Shown here one piece after another: positions 11,101 through 18,113 of a stretch of DNA of 44,420 bases. The stretch spans positions 1-44,420 of IMG/VR virus record IMGVR_UViG_3300028364_000057, one strand, 5' to 3'. The translations under genes were made by a program, and so were the position numbers. Under the pieces are notes generated by a model. That model saw only the letters and a program-made list of their open reading frames with translations, did not search any database and was not told the origin of the DNA. The DNA comes from a virus. Taxonomy: Duplodnaviria > Caudoviricetes. The number at the start of each line of letters is the position of its first letter. The first letter of the stretch is position 1.

Positions 11101-14100
11101 ACGTTCTTACCCTCTAGGTTGAGTCCTAGCTTTCGCAGGATGTCATACGTCATTTTGACTGCTTCTGGTGGTGTCCAGTACTGATCGAGTAGCCCTCTAC
11201 CCTCTGCACCATCACGCTCTCGTCCTCCAGCTGGTACAAAGTCTGCTGCTTCCTTTATCTCAGCTTGGCTTGGTTCCTTGGTCAAGTCCACCTCGAATAC
11301 GTCGATCCCTAGATCGTTCTTGTGCTTGGTGACTGGTGCCAGCGCATCTGCAGCAAGTTCCTCTATGCTTTGCTCTGCATTTCCTCCCTCGTTTTCCGTT
11401 GCTTCCTCCCCTCTTGCATCGCCATTAGCATCTTTTGTTTCACTTTTTTTAGGTGGTTCGATGATTGTTGCGTTTTCATAGATGTCGATTATTTGTTTTC
11501 GTAAATCTGCAGTACTAAAATCACTACCAATTCTGATAGATAGTTGTTCGTCCAGCTGCTCGAATAAAGCATCTGCAAGTAGTCGTCGCTTGGTTTCGGT
11601 TGTTTTCTTTGGATAAGAGAACGAACGGACGTCGTCAAAGGTGTCTAGCGCATACTTCACATCGTCTGAGGTACGTGCGTTATCAGGAATCCAAGCCGGG
11701 AACGTAGATGGTACACCGTCCCATTGTCCACTGTCTCCTACCGGGAACCGATAACCTGGTTCTGCTAGCTCTAGTTCTACCAGTATTTCACTCAACACTT
11801 TCTCCGCTTTACTGTAGCCCTCTACGTCAGACTCACCAAGCGCAAGGTACATGGACCGCATATCACGCTCTAATGCTTCCACTTCCGCCCGTTCTACCGT
11901 CTTTGGTACTTCTTCCTGTGCTACTTCGATACTAGGCGCACTCTGAACGTCCAGGAATCCATGTGCTTTGAGGTTATCAGCCCATAGTGATAGAAATGAG
12001 TCTTTTGCCTTGATAGGGACCGCACCGCTTAATTCTCGCCCGTTTAGGACCATTGGTGGATGTTCGATGGTCTGCGCTACTAGTTGACCGTCATTGTCGA
12101 TCTGAAATACCACCTCCGGGTCACGCATGATGTCCCCGTTTTGTGTGTACACGTGTGACATAGCCAACCGGTTGTCACTAATACGCTCTATGTTTAGTGT
12201 CATGTAGCCCTCTCTCTTCACCTGGAAGTAGGTAGACTCGTTTTCTAGGTCTTCAAAGTTGTTCTTAAACATCTTTGTCACCGCCTTACCTAGCTTACTC
12301 TTTTGCTTCTCGTTGATCCTGGCTGTGGTGTTGTGCGTATATACTCCCTCAGCGTCCATACCAATACTCGCTTTACGGACCGTGATCTGTCGCATCGTGT
12401 TCTTTATTTTGAATCTACCATCAGTCCGTTTAGTGATTGTTGCACTATAACGTTTGTTATCCCCCCCCATTGGTATATCCGCAACCGCTTTTGTGATTGC
12501 AAGTGCTTCGTCGTATGTATACCCAGCTTCGTCGCTACCACTTATATAATCAGTGGCTGTTGGTGGGTTTCCAGCTTGCGCAAAGAAGTCAGCGACTACA
12601 CTCTCGATCGATCGCTCAGATGTCTCTACATCTTCCCCCTTTACGCTGCTGTCGCTAGATCGCTTTCCAGGCTCACTACTGCGCTGCTCACGCTTCCCCC
12701 GTGCCACTTCGTCGCTAGACTCTGTATTGCTTTCTCCTGGTACGGTCGATCCTGGTTCACTAACGCTGCCACTTTCGGAATCTTCTCGGCGTCGAATGTC
12801 TCGTTTAGTATCGTTATCGCTTTCATTGTCATTATTTTGCTGTTTATCGCTAGTATTGTCAAGTTTGTTCCACCAATCTAGTAGGTCAGTCCGGCTGAAT
12901 CCTTGCGCTGACTTTGCTTTGGACTTCTGCACGTCCTTAACAAACTGATCGAACGTCGGCGCTTCTTTAGCTAGTCCAAATAGTACTGGGTTCACATTGT
13001 TCATAGCAGCTTCACCGTCTGATAGCTTTGGATAACGTACTTTATCGTACTCCTGGACGTCTTCCGCTAGTTCTTTCTTGCTAGGTGTGAACTGTGTCTC
13101 TTGCTGTACATCATCAACAATGTTCTTTGCTTGGTTTGGGTCTTCCTTTCGAGCGTTTGGACTGACTGTTGCTAGGAAGTCTGACTCGATCTCACTCTGT
13201 CGATCAGCTGACTTCTCGATTTGATCCTGTAGGTTGGTAGCTTCTGTACCTTTTGCGGTCTTTGCTTTCTCCTGTAGCGCTGCTTGCTCTTCCTGGACCT
13301 GTCGGTACTCGTCTGCATAGTCACGCTCAAAGATATCCTGTGCTTCTGTGATCTGCTCTGGTGTCATGTTTTCTACACCCTCGAACGTATTGTCGTTGGT
13401 TGGTGTCTGGTTTCCTTGGACCATAGCAACTGCTCGGTCGATATCTGCTGTGATATCAGTCATATCACCCTGATCTTCCTCTCTCTGGTTATTAAACTCT
13501 TCTAGTGCCGCTTCCTGCTCGGCTGCGGTACGATCTGACTGAACATCCTGCTGGAACTGGCTATCTACTGCCCGTGCTGCGGTTTCAATGGCTGCTGGGT
13601 TCTCGGCTGCCAAGGCTTCTAGTGCGTCCATCTTAGCGTCTAACTCAGGACCAGGACCGTCTTCTGTTGCTTCTGACTGAGTATCTCCAACCGCTTCATT
13701 GACTGCTCGCCTAATCTCGTCACGGGTTCCCTCCGGTAGTGCGTCGATCATCCGTTCTGTATAGTCGTCTGCCGCTTCACGTTCTTCACGTGGTGTCATA
13801 GCCTTACCAGCTGCCTGGAATACCAAACCTCCGATCATACCAAGGATAAACGACTGCTGACTCTCTGTTCCAAAAATATCAAACTCTTCACCAAGCGCTT
13901 TCTTTGAAATATAGCTTTGGTATACCTCCTCCCCTCCCTCTGTAGCACCAGCGGCTGCCATTTCTAGCGCTTCTACTACGATCCGTCCCCAAATAGTCTT
14001 TGTACCAGCGGCAATCTTCCCAATAGGTGTTGCAGCTACTGCCAACTGAAACGCATCCAATCCAATTAGGTTCATGTTACCTCGATACACCTCAGCACCA

Positions 14101-14951
14101 GCACTAACAGCTTCTGCTTCGGTCATACCTTTAGCTTTGGCTGCTTCGTAGGTATCACCAGCTTCTGATAGTCCCTCAATCGGACGCATCACACCGGCAC
14201 CTGCTAGTGAACCAACTGCATACTGAACAAACAACGGGTACTTAGCCAGCATCGCTGTCTTTGCAACTGCACCTGTGACTCCTACACCGGGAATCATCAA
14301 CGCAAGACTAGGAACTAGCTGCTCTGGTGCCTTAGTTAGCCAAAAATCACCGTAGGCAAGCGCTGCTACAGGGTCTTCATTAAAAATACGGTCAATTTCT
14401 TTTGATCGTTCCGTCTGTAGCGCTGTCGTCATGCCCTCACCAGCGCCTGATAGCCATTCTCCGGCTTTAGAGTACGCTTTCCATAATCCACCACCTGATC
14501 CTAGTTTACTCCCCGTATCAGTCCCTTTTGCACCCAAATACGTTAAAGCAGAACCAAACATAGACGCAGTATTTCCAATACCACGGTTGGCTGACGCTAG
14601 TAATTCGTTCACTCCCCGGCTGTATGTGTTCCAGGCACCAGCTCTTTTCTTTTGCTCACGGTTGATATCACGGTTGATATCGCTGTCGATCCCACCAACT
14701 AGCTTCTGAATGTTCGGCGACGATGCTTGGTACGATGGCGCTTCAAACTTCTTGTTGGCGTTAGGGTTATAGTCCGGGACCGTATGTTGTTGACTCAAAA
14801 TAGCCTGGACCTGCCAAGCTGTATTGTATTTCTTAGCACCCTCACGGTCACCGCCTGTCCTGGCTGTTTCCATGCGACTTCTAGCTGGTGTAGGACGGGT
14901 AGGTGTGTCTGGTTCCGTCGTAATCTTAGAGAGGTCTATATTTCTTGACAT
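2157..14951 (-). CDS. 4264-aa DarB-like large polyvalent (probably virion-ejected) protein
   Basis: Gly/Ala hydrophobic N-terminus; DUF6908-like segment (GYMTLNIE..SHVYTQNGDIMRDPE); amino-MTase (YWTP, EPAAGVG, NPPY); SNF2-like helicase (HDVGLGKT, DEIH, SATP, QVIGRAWRQGN); two ART-PolyVal-like domains (YHGT, WHGS..GEGNQAFGWGFY); HEMIH; helical C-terminus. Confidence 0.88.
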   Translation of the reverse strand: MSRNIDLSKITTEPDTPTRPTPARSRMETARTGGDREGAKKYNTAWQVQAILSQQHTVPDYNPNANKKFEAPSYQASSPNIQKLVGGIDSDINRDINREQKKRAGAWNTYSRGVNELLASANRGIGNTASMFGSALTYLGAKGTDTGSKLGSGGGLWKAYSKAGEWLSGAGEGMTTALQTERSKEIDRIFNEDPVAALAYGDFWLTKAPEQLVPSLALMIPGVGVTGAVAKTAMLAKYPLFVQYAVGSLAGAGVMRPIEGLSEAGDTYEAAKAKGMTEAEAVSAGAEVYRGNMNLIGLDAFQLAVAATPIGKIAAGTKTIWGRIVVEALEMAAAGATEGGEEVYQSYISKKALGEEFDIFGTESQQSFILGMIGGLVFQAAGKAMTPREEREAADDYTERMIDALPEGTRDEIRRAVNEAVGDTQSEATEDGPGPELDAKMDALEALAAENPAAIETAARAVDSQFQQDVQSDRTAAEQEAALEEFNNQREEDQGDMTDITADIDRAVAMVQGNQTPTNDNTFEGVENMTPEQITEAQDIFERDYADEYRQVQEEQAALQEKAKTAKGTEATNLQDQIEKSADRQSEIESDFLATVSPNARKEDPNQAKNIVDDVQQETQFTPSKKELAEDVQEYDKVRYPKLSDGEAAMNNVNPVLFGLAKEAPTFDQFVKDVQKSKAKSAQGFSRTDLLDWWNKLDNTSDKQQNNDNESDNDTKRDIRRREDSESGSVSEPGSTVPGESNTESSDEVARGKREQRSSEPGKRSSDSSVKGEDVETSERSIESVVADFFAQAGNPPTATDYISGSDEAGYTYDEALAITKAVADIPMGGDNKRYSATITKRTDGRFKIKNTMRQITVRKASIGMDAEGVYTHNTTARINEKQKSKLGKAVTKMFKNNFEDLENESTYFQVKREGYMTLNIERISDNRLAMSHVYTQNGDIMRDPEVVFQIDNDGQLVAQTIEHPPMVLNGRELSGAVPIKAKDSFLSLWADNLKAHGFLDVQSAPSIEVAQEEVPKTVERAEVEALERDMRSMYLALGESDVEGYSKAEKVLSEILVELELAEPGYRFPVGDSGQWDGVPSTFPAWIPDNARTSDDVKYALDTFDDVRSFSYPKKTTETKRRLLADALFEQLDEQLSIRIGSDFSTADLRKQIIDIYENATIIEPPKKSETKDANGDARGEEATENEGGNAEQSIEELAADALAPVTKHKNDLGIDVFEVDLTKEPSQAEIKEAADFVPAGGRERDGAEGRGLLDQYWTPPEAVKMTYDILRKLGLNLEGKNVVEPAAGVGNFLEGVPSSANVIAFEIDTDASQALKTKRSDIAVLNQPFERLFMDETGKKLPYKSETDLVVGNPPYGKHRGLFKGLGEESKISKYENYFIKRSLDITKEGGYVAMVVPSAFLRNGNTETGKKAIAELGELVAAMRLPNGAFDTTDIGTDILVFQKKAIKDMKSQSGMAIFASRMRTTSDDMYFRSNINHVLGDEGMRSGRFGQEAFVDGSLEAAIELFNTTDFAALPSNSAIVSETYVDLDTQAEIETNGKEVKEPVDSSEKLKTLTDENLHKEMQKTETLEPVDEQSRRIEQEGADIKKETREAKRPKREYKPVPKGKLDLRTFTDVDAYDNGQWEYVQPTGELAGDFNADTAFYMDGKYYNEFNYVQGNIYSRLNTLEADKSELTPEKYEKQKAMLEAVIPERMTVNRMRISPHTRFAEVTMLANKSLQQRFLGWIKDLPQSAFGDSSQYDVRGYTNGTPVRGSDKLKNEQDRRTRRTVGDELFSKFLKDELTPEQQAEVEQKYNTAFNGYYKPDYRQVPLRAIVSSTFKGKPLDLREVQQYGVGFLMNRGVGLLAHDVGLGKTMQGIVANLEMLERGWAKKPLIVLPNINVYKQWITEIQEISPDIKINELANLGEDFKGDYATLEIEEGTLSLVTEEGFKKLRFKDETYNTATALFNDVIEQPDAAKTKRQREVDKAAGEETVGKMMRGTDNDRYFEDLGFDALTIDEIHNANHIIGKAKPKDKDAKTTEFRGFQLKPSQYGLKTWLAAQYIQEKNNGRNVIGLSATPFTNHPLEYYSVLSLFARKTMEDMGILNVNDFMSMFMDVTSQLEFKANGDYSEKPDVRNFKNYQQFQQLLTQFIDFRDGKDAGIVRPDRQTREFRIPENQDQYDFKAAAQPLFNDKKDGGVLKGIRELRAIAFSPYMSRFYSGPTPTAKQFVEGSPKIKLTMELVKQTLKDVKDSGQLIYSTLGVEYFPYIEKYLIEEVGLKADQVKIISGKTPKKNRPKIQADFNAGKVKVIIGSDAIQEGVNLQERTTDIYMLSQPWNFTAVRQVIGRAWRQGNKWRNVRVNQMFTENSVDIFMAQKLKNKEKRYEESIKAGDDVVEIGDIDYTELMQNLLTDPVHRTKLEYQMKEQEIGIEISRLESEFAYSNRKNEQYIKAWEDVRKAKERYAENPNWDWLESTIKNAQERLANVAQMLKDRGVDIGSIEENMSKNEAKIDERLARREAIKEEQIVALEKAAIEKQTQMSTVGKVDYTEYTTERKAENSDMFIGDDAMFSAKRSYDQEVQDQLFAEATEHDTVESFIEAQGDAHYHGTLADFEVFDHKQKGSNTEAADTSWGFFFLKGDDKSYIPDFIEKTRPKGDEREMKIKEVYLSVANPIDLRQSAVFSNEDQAPLLYEIMTGEKITDSKEALEWIDENIGIAEIMEFEDLLFNDPEYLDLIKEAGYDGVVSDFGKGVSEYVAFEPFQIKTREQLETIYALAHAPQYKRTWHGSGAEFTQPSTDFVNTGEGNQAFGWGFYSADTETVSTVYRDVEKTKKTAKPGTYTKGDRTIDTSQESAQAELLQEYFTVGETVPSWGGKTDRVIALDMNPAVGLFEVTVESYNKDTKQYEGRRTHSTYPNQKNIDFIMQFRGWNRENSAAYLYELEIEDAAIETMLLWDEPMANQSAEIRRFAAEALQQSDSRLNPEGSSTGGEFYRVASTIFGGQEGASKAMLEYGIKGVKYADGFTRNQEEQTFNYVVFDTNDVTVISRNGERMMLEETPLYARVKTVPIRDTETGKFLGSYSQTVPDLSETETMMNNLVSSRATERRVNRKGRVSEYNPIKAANIDRKQGRDAALEYQYKMTAAMPGEITERLADYKRRFKLDFPVEFVDTIYTGEQELVHGRIEMVRAYGVSYNMGMAFPTFSTKTTPDHEMIHLVLRNLVGKIDPFMEFNMDALLKTANGGVMPKTAGQRVAAEEKIAVGFEGYVARREMGQTTMMGRFYQALYDAMVKVNAALGRDLPGLQKFYFAVATGKNKRQSIKLHANPVRAARVRFETPDGIKYLDFGAIKREKDYEDSLGRQALFNSILDQSVNQPEVINSVRKDINMFENLLAQSRDLYLKDPEEFKAADLYETVAENQDADKEMLDAMMAENIQDYMKLKSKDRARVDEILWRGDSLGKEFSDQEIIQMGMTTQQQKAYKGVRYALDVAHEMLLQEMRGKGMEEAEIDAFRQERKGYMPHKWKYPYVVKHQKMNEGGGYQTYLMESFKTEKLAQERSQQLANESQDALTRFEIDKLQSLEVDFFGSQELTSERMIPVIENMKEKGFIRDDVSRILRNQLVDMFKEKGFGRHYLRRTGVGGYDTNRTPEVIANYFSGFSGYISKMRHSTAYFDALSKIDARRQPEFFAWQRDAIIYKLNNKPEDIYIPIPTGKDQTMSISMRGMTFAYFLANDLSYLATNATQNFIVGLGEMSKYYEGAGKIAGPEKDLVKAMFDYSSGRISAHERIVIDQMLKKGHLGAEMSAELTGFKNNPVYSEISSRFSKLLFKSTAIVEQNINRIPSFLAMYRHFKAQGMTNAEAQRKSKEVSDDIHFRYGRQHRPRAFRGRLAVVFVFQHYIRSFLFQLYRDASRGEFVALTRKMAYTSVIGGVTALPFAKLMIEIFRKLVGDDRDEEEIMRELDTWEIALTRGIPAAYTGIDLSSRVGIGLMTVDSILDNPSDVRSYIGATGSLLFKRLPQGIDMLGQQRYADAAGKLLPDVFANPIKAVTGYSWGVRSSSGNPLLDANGDPYKYNTWEALIRATGYTPTQEAILWDQRVQTWKAQDNITAGRTDVRRTIQGMVGRGDIEAARELQATSQESGIISENTDYVKEFREDDLMANAVAQFEASDKGRGAISQIEDELIDELYNGKVTDLQRNNVRKELAVYRQYGLNNEYVDDIMRLRSNADKVQYLTELEAEIGEEAFQEFYKLGRRKIRTEAGSMVPILFSDNLNKELRKAN

Positions 14952-14957
14952 AGCGGT

Positions 14958-14966
14958 ATTATAACA
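14958..14966 (-). promoter_or_regulatory. Extended -10 promoter (TGT-TATAAT), leaderless, for the giant gene
   Basis: Minus strand GTGTTATAATACCGCTATG; 6 nt between the hexamer and ATG. Confidence 0.65.
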
Positions 14967-16377
14967 CTCCTGTGACTTTATCTTTGTAGGTAGTCCACCT
15001 AGTCAGCATGGCGTCTGGTGGAATTGTCTGTTGGTCTTTCTGCTGTTCGTCTTCGATAAACCAAGCTGGTGGGACTGAACTATAGAGTCCGAGTGAGTTA
15101 AGTTCGTTCTTGACTTGAGCTAGTGTTTCAGGATCATCCATAAGCGCATCTTGAATATCTGCCAAGGTGGTGACTTCGTTGATAATGTTCTCTGTAAACT
15201 TCTGGTACTGAGTCGCTTCTTTCTCTTCTTTCTTCGCTGCGTCGGTAGAGAGTCGGTTTTCTCGCTGTTGGTCAATTGCTGTACCGGCGTTTCGGTTAGC
15301 GATCTGATTAGCGATGTTATCAGCCTGTAGTCCCCGGTATTCGAGGTCTGCGGCTGCTGTGGCAATATCACCTAGCAATAGGTCAATTGGAATACCACTA
15401 GTCTCTGAGTAGGCTTCTAGGACCGCTGACTGCTGTTCTACACTCAATCCATTTAATCGTTCTGCTAGTGCTGGTGCTGCTCGTTCTGACTTACTCAACA
15501 TAGCGTCGAGGTCTGCCTTTTCTTTATCTCTTAGCTCTTTATTGTTAGCTCTGATCTCCTGGTTACGCTTCACGGCGTTATTAAAGTTGTTAGTTACCTG
15601 ATCGTTCATCCGATCAAACGCATCACCAATAGCGTCGTACATAGAGTTAAACGCTTCCATATCATTCTCTTGCTTGGCGGCTGCAGCTGCGGTTATCAGA
15701 CTAGTCATTTCAGACTCAATCTGCATTACTCGCATGTGACCCATCTGCTCTTCGTTGGTCATAAGTCCGGCTGACATTTCAGCTAGGTACCGAGCGTTCC
15801 CGGACCGTTGGTTATTGACTCCCTGTGCTGCCAGCGTCCGACTGTTTGTGTCTTTCATCAAGTTGATACGGTTCTCAAACTGACTCTTGATCCCTCTAAT
15901 CATTGATCGGTACTCTTTTCTAGCTGTCTTTTCTAGCTCATCGTAGTCTGCAAAGATCTGCTCACGCTCGTCTTCATAATTTTGCTCGATAATAAGCCGT
16001 CGATCATCCAGTGAAGCAAACGGGTCTGTGGTGCCTGTTCCAGTACCACCAGTAGTACCATCACCTGTTCCAGTACCTGTCCCATCGGCTGCAGCTGCGT
16101 CTTTATCAGCTTTCTCTTGCGCCCGGCGTTCGTTGATCTTTACTTGAATCTCTTCTGCTTCACTCTTGATACGATCCAACTCCGCCATATTGTTGGTGGT
16201 TGTAGTTCGATAAGAAGCGGTTGATTGTACCGGTTGTGTATCTTCCTCAGTCCTGGTTGATACTGTTTCTATTGTCTCTGTAGGCGTCGTCACTGAACTA
16301 CTAGGGTTTTTCTCCCGTTGCTGTCGAGCTTTAGTCTCTGCTCTTCTTTCCCGTGATCGTGCTGAACCTGTAAGCAT
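14959..16377 (-). CDS. Coiled-coil virion/ejection protein
   Basis: 472 aa helical, GT-rich linker, lies between the tail fibre and the giant protein. Confidence 0.5.
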   Translation of the reverse strand: MLTGSARSRERRAETKARQQREKNPSSSVTTPTETIETVSTRTEEDTQPVQSTASYRTTTTNNMAELDRIKSEAEEIQVKINERRAQEKADKDAAAADGTGTGTGDGTTGGTGTGTTDPFASLDDRRLIIEQNYEDEREQIFADYDELEKTARKEYRSMIRGIKSQFENRINLMKDTNSRTLAAQGVNNQRSGNARYLAEMSAGLMTNEEQMGHMRVMQIESEMTSLITAAAAAKQENDMEAFNSMYDAIGDAFDRMNDQVTNNFNNAVKRNQEIRANNKELRDKEKADLDAMLSKSERAAPALAERLNGLSVEQQSAVLEAYSETSGIPIDLLLGDIATAAADLEYRGLQADNIANQIANRNAGTAIDQQRENRLSTDAAKKEEKEATQYQKFTENIINEVTTLADIQDALMDDPETLAQVKNELNSLGLYSSVPPAWFIEDEQQKDQQTIPPDAMLTRWTTYKDKVTGVL

Positions 16378-16379
16378 AA

Positions 16380-18092
16380 CTATGTTTTGATTAGCCAGTT
16401 ACCAACAACATACGGCTGCATGTTGGTGTGTGGGGTGTCCCCACCAGCGAAGAAGTCACCAGTTTTACTGTCTGCTCCACTTGAGTCGGATCTATCCCTG
16501 TCTAAGCCAGGACCATAAGTACCATGTTCGTGTCGTGGCATTTCATCAACTGTTAGACGATGCTTCTCAGTTCCTCCTTTGTCTCCAATTGCGTAGGTAG
16601 GTTGTACGAATGAGACTGTCAACACGCCTGATCCAACATCTGAGATAGTCTCTTCTAGCCCATCAAGCGCACGTTGTAGTGTTGTTGCTAGTTTGAATGT
16701 AGTGTCAGTCACTTTGATTAAATAAAACGTACCAGCGCTTATACCGTTAGGCATAACACCATCTGTACTAACAGCAACAGGATCACCAGTTTGTAGTTCT
16801 TCTGTCAAACCACCTAGTACTGTGAAGACAGCACCATGAATGACTGTTGCACCTGAAAGAGAGTCAGCACTAACTGCGTGGTTTGGGTAAAGGTTGTTTG
16901 TATTAGTATTTGAACCAGATTGGTATCTTGTATTTGCAGTACCACCAGCAAAGTTAGTGGTGTACATAAACGTATCTCCTGCTATTAGTCCGTGGGCATC
17001 AATCCTGATCCAGTCATCTCCTGCATCAGTATCAGTCACAACACCAACACTTTGACCAATTTGAATGTTGTCTGTAGTAACCTCAGCTTTTATTTGCTTC
17101 TGTCCTTGTCCAACAAGGACCGCACCTCGCATATCCGGGATGAAACAGCTTTGTGTGTAGTAATACGCACCAGTTCCTGTGTCAGTGATATCAACCGCTG
17201 CACCTCCCTCTGAGGTAGAGACTTTGAATGTATTGGTAGTAGCTGAAATAACGTAATACACCGTGTTTGGTAATAGACCGGCTGGTAGTGTGCCGTAGGT
17301 ATAGAAAAGTAACCGGTCGTTGTCTGACAGTCCGTGTGCTGCTTTAGTGAATGTGTCTGTAACAGTATCGAGTGAATCTGTCTCTAGCCCGGTTGGTAAC
17401 CCGTATTTACCTCGTAGCAGTGCTGTAAGCGCCGGGTAGGTATCAAAGTCTATTTCTTGTCCGTCAGCTTGTAGCCATCCAGTCGGTTCATTATCTGCTG
17501 CGTATGGGATCATCGCCCCAACAGAAATACCAATAAACTCCTTTTCACTAGCGGTTGGTAGTCTAGTGCCGTATTTAGATGCTGCTAGGCGCTCAGGGTT
17601 CACCATCAGTCGCCTAGTAGTTGATCCAGCACCCTCATCAGCGTCAATCTCTGCTGCAGTGGCTTCCTCTGAAATACCAGCGGTTGTTAGTCCTGCATCT
17701 GCAGCACCAGCGTTGGCAATTGCGTCCATGTAGTCCAATAGCGCTTCGTACCAGTGAGATACGTTCGAGATCACTACTGGCGTACCAGGTGAGTGAGGTG
17801 AAGCAACTCCACCGGCACCAAACTCTGATACAACTTTGAGTCCTCTAGCTACACCCGTGTCGATTGAAACGGAATTGTCAGCGTTCACTGTGAAGTCGGT
17901 AAACGATACGACTTCTGCGTTATCGGTTCCTGGATTTATAGTCATCCAGCCTTTGACTCCAAAGTTCGCCATCGTTAGGTTTTCACCGTAAATATCCTGC
18001 AGACGGTTGACTCTAATCTCAGCAGTCTCAGTCGCAGTAATACGATTTGAGAGATATGTTTTCTTAGCTTGTGGAATTACAGGTCTTGACAT
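16380..18092 (-). CDS. Tail fibre with tail-collar domain
   Basis: GAMIPYA..PTGWLQADG..YPAL, PDMRG, GGTEKHRLTVDEMPRHEH, HTNMQPYVVGNWLIKT. Confidence 0.85.
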   Translation of the reverse strand: MSRPVIPQAKKTYLSNRITATETAEIRVNRLQDIYGENLTMANFGVKGWMTINPGTDNAEVVSFTDFTVNADNSVSIDTGVARGLKVVSEFGAGGVASPHSPGTPVVISNVSHWYEALLDYMDAIANAGAADAGLTTAGISEEATAAEIDADEGAGSTTRRLMVNPERLAASKYGTRLPTASEKEFIGISVGAMIPYAADNEPTGWLQADGQEIDFDTYPALTALLRGKYGLPTGLETDSLDTVTDTFTKAAHGLSDNDRLLFYTYGTLPAGLLPNTVYYVISATTNTFKVSTSEGGAAVDITDTGTGAYYYTQSCFIPDMRGAVLVGQGQKQIKAEVTTDNIQIGQSVGVVTDTDAGDDWIRIDAHGLIAGDTFMYTTNFAGGTANTRYQSGSNTNTNNLYPNHAVSADSLSGATVIHGAVFTVLGGLTEELQTGDPVAVSTDGVMPNGISAGTFYLIKVTDTTFKLATTLQRALDGLEETISDVGSGVLTVSFVQPTYAIGDKGGTEKHRLTVDEMPRHEHGTYGPGLDRDRSDSSGADSKTGDFFAGGDTPHTNMQPYVVGNWLIKT

Positions 18093-18113
18093 ATTTATTT
18101 CTATTATACAACA

